A DNA stretch of 45,251 nucleotides from assembly GCF_000743755.1 (NCBI RefSeq), contig NW_014569496.1, positions 1-45,251 on the forward strand, written 5' to 3'. Positions 36,877-45,251 of the stretch are shown here, piece after piece (the stretch's first letter is position 1; each line of letters starts with the position of its first letter). The notes under the pieces are model-generated. The model was not told where the DNA came from. It saw only the letters and a program-made list of their open reading frames with translations, and did no database searches. A program made the position numbers and the translations under genes. This DNA comes from Blastocystis sp. subtype 4 (taxonomy: Eukaryota).

Positions 36877-37355
36877 TCTATTGAACAAACAAAAATCCCT
36901 TCAAAATGATAATATATATCATGTAGATGTCTTGCAATAGAACTAAGTCCATTACAAAGAGATGGCTAATCATCCAAGTTCAGTCGTACCAACTTTTCAA
37001 TAATACACTTTAAATTGATAAGTAGATGAAAATGAAATAGATATGTAGAATCTTCTTCATTTCACTCTTCTCCGAGAATCACTTGTTCTTCACCTGAACT
37101 ATATTGAAAACAATGTAGTAAACATTTCTTTTTCGTTCTGAACCCTTCAAGTCCCGACTTCTACTCTTACAAGTTGACTTCATATACGTGATACATATTC
37201 ACTCACTTGAATTTCAATTGGATACCATCTAAAATAGCGATTGATCCAGAGAGAAAAGGGTTGTAACGGGATATCCTCATCTAGTTGCTTCGGGCTGGGA
37301 TCCTTGTGTTTCCTCTCCTATTCAATTATCTGAGCCAGTTCTCAGAAAACTATTA

Positions 37356-37375
37356 ATTCTAGAACGTTCTAGAAT
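37356..37375. promoter_or_regulatory. Heat-shock element (four inverted nGAAn units)
   Basis: Perfect palindrome ATTCTAGAACGTTCTAGAAT ending 36 nt before the Hsp40 ATG. Confidence 0.85.
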
Positions 37376-37411
37376 CGGATATCAACTTTTCTCTTCCATT
37401 ATTTTGTTTAT

Positions 37412-38473
37412 ATGGGTAAGGATTACTACAGTATTCTTGGGGTGAGTCGAAATGCTACTGACGAAGAGCTTAAGAAGGCTTACAGAAAGCTTGCTCTGAA
37501 ATGGCATCCAGATCGTAATAAAGATAACAAAAAGGAGGCTGAAGAGAAGTTCAAGGATATTAGTCAAGCTTATGAAATTCTGAGTGATAAGGAGAAGCGT
37601 AAGATCTATGACCAGTTTGGCGAAGAAGGACTTCAGAGTGGTATGGATCCTAATGGAGGTGGTATGGGAGGTATGGGAGGCATGGGTGGTTTCAGTTTTG
37701 ATCCTCGTGACCTCTTTAGCCAGTTCTTTGGAACTTCCGATGCTCAACAGGCTTTCAATCAATATGGAGGTGATGAGAGTTTTGGAGGAATGCCTCGTGG
37801 TGTTCATTTTAGCTTTGGAGGTAGTCCAGGAATGGGAGGTTTCTCGGGATTTCCTAGTGGTTTCCAGTTCTCGAGTGGCAACCCCCGTGCTTCCTCTCGT
37901 CGAGAGAGACCGGAACCCCAGGTTCAGGACCCTGCCATTGAACGTCCTTTGGCGATATCACTCCGTGATATCTACAGTGGAGTGACGAAGAAGCTGAAGA
38001 TCACGAAGCGTATTGTGAGCGATAATGGATCCGTGACAACCAGTGACAAGGTGGTGGAGGTGAATATCAAGCCTGGATGGAAGGCTGGAACAAAGATTAC
38101 CTTTAGGAAGCATGGTGATGAACTACCTGGTCATATTCCAGCAGATATTGTTTTTGTTCTTCAAGAAAAACCAGATCCTGAATATAGCCGTGATGGAAAC
38201 AATCTGATTTATAAGAAAGAGATTTCTCTGAAGGAAGCTCTATGTGGAACTGATTTTATTTATACGCACTTGGATGGTCGTCGTTTGAATGTGAGAGCAC
38301 CTGCAGTTATTAGTCCTTCTACGGAGCTGACATATCCTGGTATGGGCATGCCAATTCCCAAACAGCCAGGAAACTATGGTGATTTGAAGATTAAATTCGA
38401 TATCCGGTTCCCAAAGACGATGACACCTGATGACAAAACTGCTATTCGAAACATGTCGTGCCTTGATTCATAA
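37412..38473 (+). CDS. Class B Hsp40/DnaJ (Sis1/DNAJB-like), intronless
   Basis: J domain ([20 protein letters not shown]), G/F-rich region, C-terminal [18 protein letters not shown] domain. Confidence 0.97.
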   Translation: MGKDYYSILGVSRNATDEELKKAYRKLALKWHPDRNKDNKKEAEEKFKDISQAYEILSDKEKRKIYDQFGEEGLQSGMDPNGGGMGGMGGMGGFSFDPRDLFSQFFGTSDAQQAFNQYGGDESFGGMPRGVHFSFGGSPGMGGFSGFPSGFQFSSGNPRASSRRERPEPQVQDPAIERPLAISLRDIYSGVTKKLKITKRIVSDNGSVTTSDKVVEVNIKPGWKAGTKITFRKHGDELPGHIPADIVFVLQEKPDPEYSRDGNNLIYKKEISLKEALCGTDFIYTHLDGRRLNVRAPAVISPSTELTYPGMGMPIPKQPGNYGDLKIKFDIRFPKTMTPDDKTAIRNMSCLDS

Positions 38474-38507
38474 GGTTTTTAGATCTACTTGTATTATAGC
38501 AAACAGT

Positions 38508-39274
38508 TCATTTGTTTGTTTGGTTACGCAAATGTTTCCACCAGTAGAGGGCAATATAAAAACTAGCTGCTTTCTCCTTTTTGTCATCCAGCAAGAAATC
38601 ATCAATCGTTTGCTCTGATAACTCGACGATCTCAATCTGTTCTCCTTCTGATGCCAAACCACCACCAGGATATTTCTATTTTCAATAGAATGCAACACTT
38701 CCCCACTTTCTGTTCTGGTGTCACTTCGGCGTAAAACATGTACCCTCGCGCTCCTGTTAATCCCACATTACCAACAGCTATCTAATTATACTAAAGATAG
38801 ATTACTTCGAGTAATAAATTCAAGGCTATCAACAGAAACATCATATCCAAGTTCCTCACGGATCTCATCAACAACAGTCTGTTCCTTACTCCTTCCTTCA
38901 ATATCCATCAAACCAGCGCAAAGTTCATAACTACTTCTCATACGTCCCATTATAACAAACCAAAAACCCAACTGTTCTGCAGGTATGGTATTTACAGTCA
39001 AACTACTAGCTCCAAACCGGAGAGGAGGCCGGAATTGTTTGATACAGATAAAATTCCGATTCACTCTATAGGAAAAACACTATCCACAATCCAACTTATC
39101 AAAAACTAATGCAGAAACTGCATCCATACTCTAGAGATCATATTGATAATTAGGATCTACAGAGATGTAGTCCCAGGATCGCTGTTGGCCATTCTGCATG
39201 AAAGTCACATTCTGCATCTTGATGAAGCGAGAATGAGAAATAAGCTTGTTTGCAATTACCTCTATTGTGCTCAT
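38508..39274 (-). CDS. NUDT14: Nudix hydrolase, NUDT14-like (UDP-glucose/ADP-sugar pyrophosphatase)
   Basis: QNGQQRSWDY, KQFRPP, YELCAGLMD, Nudix box EIREELGY, GGGLASEGEQIEIVEL. TGA 38508-38510. Confidence 0.88.
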
Positions 39275-39299
39275 GATGATTTGTGAACAAACCGCTCCA

Positions 39300-40182
39300 T
39301 TACTCTAGTATTGTCTCCAATTGTTTCTCTTCCGGTTTCAATTTCGGAATCTCTTCAATTGGGAATTCAATAGTCTTTTCTTTCACAGACTCCTTCGATT
39401 GGGTTTCCTTCTTCTGATCTGTTTCTGCCATTTTTGATTCATGTAACTCCAAATCAAGGGCTTCCATCAAATCATCAATGCCATCCTCATTCTCTTCGTC
39501 ACTTGGAGCGACAATTAAATCCACTTGCTAATGTATTATCCCTCTTTCTGAAGACTACAGTGATGTAATCGTCCAAATCCTGTGTCTTTTCAAGGAGTTT
39601 CTTCACTTCTTCAATGGAACCCATTTCCTACTATATACGACCATCAAAATATATACCGAGCGCACTTCTTCCAGACATACAGTTGTAGACACTAATACAT
39701 TGTGCATATCTTGCATATCTTGAGCTTCTGTGATTGCAGCCAACTACCATCCAAAATAACGAGAAATACCAACTTCATCATCAAGAGATATCAAACTCTT
39801 TTCCAATGTCGTAATCCTTTCTTGTATCCTTTTGACCTTTCTCAGATGATCTTTAACAGCATCCTATGACCTAATTCATATAGCTGTCGAATACTTGATT
39901 ATTATTCTGCAACTCTTCTTTTGCAAGAGTCTTATAGCACTCACACTCATTTCGACTCTGTAAATAACTATAATACCAGATCCTCACTTTCTTAAGCATT
40001 TCGTTTATCTTTCTTTTCTGAGATTTTATTTTTGCAATAGCAACATCTGTATCCGTAATATCTGGTGGTCTACTATCATCGCTTGTTGACTTGCGCTTCC
40101 AGAAATGATTTGTAGTACTTTTCACTTTCTTGATACCCTTCTCAACACTCTGTTTAACTTTATCTAATATATATCCTTTCAT
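39300..40182 (-). CDS. ESCRT-III Snf7-family protein, Vps20/CHMP6-like (paralogue 1)
   Basis: ITDTDVAIAKIKSQKRKI, basic N-half and acidic C-half, MGSIEEVKKLLEKTQD. Confidence 0.75.
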
Positions 40183-40190
40183 AACAAACA
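40183..40190 (-). terminator. TGTTTGTT polyadenylation element directly abutting the next ATG
   Basis: GAT T-CCAT-TGTTTGTT-ATG on the minus strand. Confidence 0.85.
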
Positions 40191-40194
40191 ATGG

Positions 40195-41290
40195 AATCCA
40201 CTACATGTTTAAGCAACTCTAGTGGACCGATAGAAGTCAACGAGTTTAGTGCTTCTACTGATAATCAGAATTTCAATTTATCTACCTGAGTTCTTCACCA
40301 AGATAGACCCTGTAAAACCCAGACTATTCACATTCAACTGGTTCCACTTTTCCTAACATTATAAATTATTCAAAATCAGTACTCGAATACGTGGGACAAG
40401 TAACATCCACTCTTTCAAGAGAAGGAAGTTGTAGGATGTCATAGACTTCCCTTTTTTATCTCTCTTTTCACTCATATACTGTAGCATATCCGAATATTGC
40501 TTGTATAAGCTGACTACCATAAACAGAACGGTCAATACTTACTAGGATCCGTATACGAAGAGATATGACACAGAACATGATCAAAACAGTATACAGGACA
40601 CTGACAAAGAGAGTTACGATCCAACGATGTTCCTTCCAAATACTCATCTAATGGAGTGGCTTCATTCTCCAATTCAGAATAAGGAATTATCTACAAATCA
40701 ATCTTTATCAAGAAACAAACTTGAATATGTTTATGTGATTGACTTGCTCCTGAGTCAACCCCACAATTAAAAAACACAAGCGATTGAACTTGCGATATAA
40801 CATTCGTAATTGCTGTAAAGTCAGACTGGGTTAATGGAGAACATTGACTCATGAATTCATTTGTTACCAAAACCATCTACACTGTCAACTAAGATAGAAA
40901 AGCCTCACATGGTTTCGTACTACAGGGAATTTGTTCAACAGCAATGTGTAATCATTATACGAATGAACTACCAGTTGTTGATTCATAGTATCCTTCGCAA
41001 AAGGATCTACGATTCGCTTCTCCTGTGATTTTATATTCGATCCCTTACGCTTAATTCCATCTCCTTTCAGTAATCGAACAAGAAACTATAAATCATCTCA
41101 ATTCTTCTAATATCAATACATTTATTCCATTCTCTTTAATAACCATTGAGGATGTCTCCAAAATAACAAGATCTCTGCTGCTGAGTCCTTTCGCCCAGAC
41201 TTGATTGATTTCTTCCAATAATGGTGCCATCGAAGATACTCCCTTTCTGACTGAAAAATACCGTCTCAATGGTATCCAACCAGAGAGCAT
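40195..41290 (-). CDS. Ap4A phosphorylase / ATP adenylyltransferase (Apa1/Apa2 family); stop likely made by polyadenylation
   Basis: DPF, LLLNKFPV, FFNCGVDSGASQSHKHIQ (HxHxQ), WMLLVPR, VNSLGFTGSILVK, GPLELLKHV. N-terminal MLSGWIPLRRYFS resembles a presequence. Confidence 0.88.
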
Positions 41291-41309
41291 CAACAAAAGA
41301 ATGGAGTAC

Positions 41310-41317
41310 AACAAACA
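41310..41317 (-). terminator. TGTTTGTT polyadenylation element
   Basis: 4 nt (TAAA) after the in-frame TA (41323-41322) ending UBC7. Confidence 0.85.
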
Positions 41318-41321
41318 TTTA

Positions 41322-42004
41322 TATTCCGATAATGAAATAGCTACAGTCTGCCTTACTCGTTTTTTGAACATCTTTTTATCATTCTTCCATTGTCTCTACA
41401 CATTGAAAAGCACGAGTACTGTTACAGCGGCATCAATATTTGCCGGTGAGTTCTCATTTGGGTCTGTCAACATGCTTTGAACTGACAAAAGAATTGCTTC
41501 AACGCTGATAATAGGTCTCCATTTCTCATCTTCTCTTTCCTATCCATTGAATTATGCTAAATATATCACCTGCAAATTCATTTCATCTCGACCAGCTGGA
41601 TGAAGAATCGAAATACATACACAACCATTTGAAAATACTACAATTAAATCAATGAATCCAAACAAACTATTTGGATGCCACATTGGACTGATAAAACGCA
41701 TTGTCGGTGGTCTTGAGGGAAAATCAAACGGAAATATAAGCTCAGCTTTGAAAATACCTCCTTCACTAGATATCAGAAAATGAAATTAACCATACTAAGG
41801 AGTATCCATAGGTCCCTCCATAACAACAGTCCATTCAAATAGATTAACCTCATCTTTTAACCCAACAGATATCCCTTCTGGAGGATTCAACGTCAACTCT
41901 ATGCTTCATTGCCAAATACCATACCAAACCTTGAAATTGACGTTGTAATAAAGTGACCGCAAATTCTACATCATGAAAAGAAATATAACAACATCACCAG
42001 ACAT
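41322..42004 (-). CDS. UBC7: Ubiquitin-conjugating enzyme E2, UBC7/UBE2G family; stop likely made by polyadenylation
   Basis: [36 protein letters not shown] with the acidic-loop insertion, [17 protein letters not shown]. Confidence 0.93.
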
Positions 42005-42051
42005 GATAAATGACAAAATGATTCCATATGAATTAGAACAAACAACGTTTC

Positions 42052-42890
42052 TTATTCCATTTCAGCTACACGTTTATCCTTTCCCTTGCCACTTTCCTCC
42101 TTCGACTCCAATATCGATTTCGTTCTTAAGTTCACAGGGACATTCGGCAAATCAAATTTCTCTTCCTTATCCTTGGCAATATCCTTATCCAATTCATCAA
42201 AGGCATCCTCCAAATCCTCATCTTCTATATCACCAAATAACACATTATTCATCTCCTATGCATAACTGATAACAAATACTCCAACATTCACATGATCATC
42301 CAAAGCCTGCAAACGATCATTCAAATCCATTACATCTTCAACAGTGCCCATATCCTTGCGGATATCCTCCAATGTTGAAGCAACATTTTCCATCATCTGA
42401 ACCATTTCCGTATTCACATGGGCCTCATCTAAAGTGTTCAGCTATATAATCAAATTAGAGTTTCATTCTCACATTCTCTTCAAGTCGATCCAAACAAGAA
42501 TACGATTTCTTGATCTGCTCCAGCTTGTTCCTAACTATCATTTCCAATCTGCTTAAATTACTTGGCTTGTTTCACATACACCATTGATGCTGTCTACATA
42601 TGACCACATCATTAAGATGCTACTAAATCTGTTTCTTTCTTTTCTTTCGCCAATTCTATTAGTAGATCCTTTTCACCATATAACTAGGAGTTACATCCAC
42701 GAAACCTTATTAACTCGCTTAATCTTATCTTTCATTTTACGCATCTCACTCTTTAGTTTGGCTACTGCTATATCGTAGGATGAAATGGCTGGAACTTCTA
42801 CATAATCAGTCCATGATGATAAATAGGACGGGGTTCGCACTCTTCAATCCGGTCCTGGGCATCACTTATCAGCATAAGAGGTTTTGACAT
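42052..42890 (-). CDS. ESCRT-III Snf7-family protein, Vps20/CHMP6-like (paralogue 2)
   Basis: ISSYDIAVAKLKSEMRKMK, MGTVEDVMDL, DEDLEDAFDEL, FDLPNVP. Confidence 0.75.
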
Positions 42891-42970
42891 ATCATTGCTA
42901 TTGTTATACTGTTTCACGAACTGTTTTAGAGTATTAATATCATTCTCTGTAGTCATACTAGGTGACTTCT

Positions 42971-44546
42971 CTAAAATTCGGAGAATCCGATTCTTTTCAT
43001 AGTCACTAATCTTCTTCGATCATCCTTCTTTCTCATGACATACAACTGTTTTACTAGGAATACAACCCATTCCAGATCTTGAGGCAACGAATATAACGAA
43101 TCCCAAAATAGAATTCTGTTCCTTTGCTCTAAACAAACAGTTGAAGTATCCTGTTTCTTTCCTAAATCAGTTTCACAATCATTCTGTTTCTTCTGTATCA
43201 TAGATTCCAGTTGTTGCCACATCATCATCACTCTTCGTCTCTTTTCTTCCCTCACACTCTTTGCCCATCCTTCAAGATCAGGAAGACACTTCACATCCTT
43301 TCATTCAATTCCACACACACAGTCCTACACAAGCAATTGGCTCCTCCTTCCACCAGGGATGATTCAACAGATCTGTGGCTGTAACTCGTTTGGAAGGAAT
43401 CACTTGAAAACACCCTTTCAACAGATCGAGAAGCACTGGTGATTCTAGTCCTCTCTTCTTCAATACAGTTTCAAGTGTGGAAGGAAGTGAAGGAAAAGCC
43501 AAATGAACACCAGAACACCATGTATTGAACACATCTCGATCTGTCTCCTACACTTCAATTCTTCCATCAACACTACAGACAGATCAGTAGTTCCTGCCAA
43601 TTTGATGGCTTGATTTGTTACTGTTAACTCACTTTCACTATTCCAGAGATACTCTTCACTCAACAATTCAATCACCACTACACTATTCATTATTCCCTTT
43701 TCTCTCTCTCACCCCCAGCTCCAGATATCAGTGGCACAACTCCAAATCTCAGGTTCTGAATCAATTCGACTCAACAATAACTCAGGAGGACGATAACCCA
43801 ATGTTGGTAATACTCCTCTCTCTCCTTGAGCCCCAATCACACACAACCACACTTCCACTACGATACAAGACATTATTTGGTTTCAAATCACTATTCTCAC
43901 ATCCAGTTAAGAATCCTACCAATGAAGAATATGAGAAGAAGAGAGAGAAGAAAGGAGAGAAAGGAGTTGAAAGAGAATAGACTTCTTCTCTGACTAGATA
44001 TGAAGAAGAAAAGACAAAACAACAAGACTCAAAGGAGACTGAGAGGTTATCACCATATCTAATGTGATATCATATAATTCTGTTATCAGATAAACACTTC
44101 CTTGTCGTCGACCTCGACAAATCTCATACAAAGGAAGGATCGCTTCACCTTGTATACTCTTCAACACTATTCTTAATTGTATTCAGTTACATTACTTGTC
44201 AATTCTCTTCTACAATGATCACTTACATCCAAATACCTCTTTGACTTGTTAGTCGTATCTACTTGAGGATAATAGTTCTTTGCACAATATATCTTTCCAT
44301 TATTCACATTTTCAACTTTATAGACACAACTATAGCTTCCTCGACCAACAACACACACAATACGATAACTATCTCGTAATGGTTTTGATTTCTTTTCTTA
44401 TCACTCAATCCTTTCATTCTTACTTCTAATAAGGATTCTGTTGAACTCCAGTCTCCACTTGCTAAATCGTCAAATCCATATTCTAATCACTTACTTGGAT
44501 TGAATTCAAACTCTTCATCAGAGTCATATCCTTTAAGTACTTCCAT
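42971..44546 (-). CDS. Ser/Thr protein kinase (CMGC/CDK-like) with an apparent frameshift in the activation segment
   Basis: GRGSYSCVYK, CAK, CRREL, LHCDLKPNNVL, DWG, TLGYRPPE, DIWSWG, KRVTATDLLNHPW. DWG and YRPPE are in different frames. 3' end approximate. Confidence 0.8.
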
Positions 44547-44639
44547 CAACTACAACTCGAAGTTATAATCATTTTCAAACTCTTTAATCAGATTCAATAC
44601 GATTCTTAACAAACAAGGAGATTCTACAACTACACCCAC

Positions 44640-44987
44640 TTAAGTCACTGTCATAACAGGATACTCTGTTGTCAGCTTCACAAACTCAGGAGAAGTGCCA
44701 ACACGACCCAGAGGCAACGAGTCAGGAGCCACATTGTAAGCATCCAAACAGGTCTTACAAACAGCAATATCAACTCCCTTATCAGCTAATACACGAAGAG
44801 GAGTCAACAAACTCTCATCTTCAGTACAAACAAGGAACATTCCTTCATTCATAAAGAACAGAAGCTTGGGCAGAATCTCCTGCTTCGAAAGATTCGTCAA
44901 GAAACCACGAATCAACTTATGACCCAACTCTGTGTCATCTCCTATCTGCTTTCTTGTGAACAAATAGATCTTATCACCAATAGGCAT
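44640..44987 (-). CDS. YedF-like sulfurtransferase/selenium-metabolism protein (DsrE-fold domain), bacterial type, intronless
   Basis: IGDDTELGHKLIRGFL..LPKLLFFMNEG..L..KGVDIAVCKTCLD.Y..GRVG matches the YedF/DsrE pattern (C-x-T-C). ATG 44987, TAA 44640, TGTTTGTT at 44608-44615. Confidence 0.78.
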   Translation of the reverse strand: MPIGDKIYLFTRKQIGDDTELGHKLIRGFLTNLSKQEILPKLLFFMNEGMFLVCTEDESLLTPLRVLADKGVDIAVCKTCLDAYNVAPDSLPLGRVGTSPEFVKLTTEYPVMTVT

Positions 44988-45103
44988 TTCCACTCTCGAA
45001 TCAAAGAATAAATGAAAAGGATTTCCATTCAATTCTACATATTCCCGTGATTCTTCATTGTGTTTGGAAACAATCATTATCTTTAGGAAAGAGGATAAAT
45101 GAG

Positions 45104-45251
45104 TCAATTCTTCATCTTGCGTTCCTGAATCTCATAGGCAAGTGTCTGATTGATGATATTGGCAGCAGGTCCAGTGAATTGAATAGGACCAGGGAAACTG
45201 TAACAATCATTCAATCTCCATTCTTTTGATTGTTCCACAAACTGTTTGTAT
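45104..45251 (-). CDS. C-terminus of a pyrophosphate-dependent phosphofructokinase (partial)
   Basis: Frame not in the ORF track: KEWRLNDCYSFPGPIQFTGPAANIINQTLAYE..KN*. W..Y..PGPIQF is the PPi-PFK C-terminal signature. Confidence 0.8.
   Translation of the reverse strand, partial: YKQFVEQSKEWRLNDCYSFPGPIQFTGPAANIINQTLAYEIQERKMKN

Noticed and set aside
37382..37807. 141-aa minus-strand ORF
   Set aside because: Antisense shadow of the well-conserved Hsp40 gene.
44988..45107. N-terminal extension of the YedF-like ORF given in the ORF track
   Set aside because: It begins at a non-ATG codon overlapping the PFK stop and spans the PFK 3' region and the promoter-like motif. Homology begins at MPIGDK.
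1..45251. Alternative genetic code (stop-codon reassignment) to explain the fragmented ORFs
   Set aside because: Where I spliced genes by hand, the interrupting stops fall in ~30-nt GT-AG introns. The intronless genes have no internal stops, and TAA, TAG and TGA all terminate genes.

Overview
This is gene-dense eukaryotic nuclear DNA, visibly AT-rich, with about 30 protein-coding genes. Most are broken by tiny (~28-35 nt) GT-AG introns, which is why the ORF track is so fragmented. Intergenic gaps are often under 100 nt, and a TGTTTGTT-like element sits at many gene 3' ends. Together these features are the known signature of the gut stramenopile Blastocystis (organism inferred, not database-confirmed). 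Genes include a GalNAc-transferase, REEP/HVA22, NCKAP1 (WAVE), S1/P1 nuclease, a BRCA1-like RING-BRCT protein, Rab21, Uso1/p115, TMX2, an NDUFA7-like subunit, GT77, tRNA-Cys, RbfA, Mdm35, an SLC25 carrier, a PSP1-domain protein, GPI8, copine, an amino-acid permease, an ERMP1-like protein, an organellar helical-repeat protein, Hsp40, NUDT14, two Vps20-like ESCRT-III genes, Ap4A phosphorylase, UBC7, a kinase, a bacterial-type YedF gene and the end of PPi-PFK. The strongest hidden structure is that at least 6-7 genes appear to get their UAA stop from polyadenylation exactly 4 nt upstream of the motif. Convergent gene pairs share fused bidirectional versions of that element, and UBC7 is genomically in frame with the downstream gene. 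Other points of note are a probable laterally acquired yedF-like gene, a C/D snoRNA candidate, a perfect heat-shock element, a recurrent intergenic ATTCCCGTGA motif, a probable pseudo-peptidase and two repeat-associated frameshifts. CDS coordinates are gene spans including introns and were spliced by hand; all homology calls are from motif recognition only.
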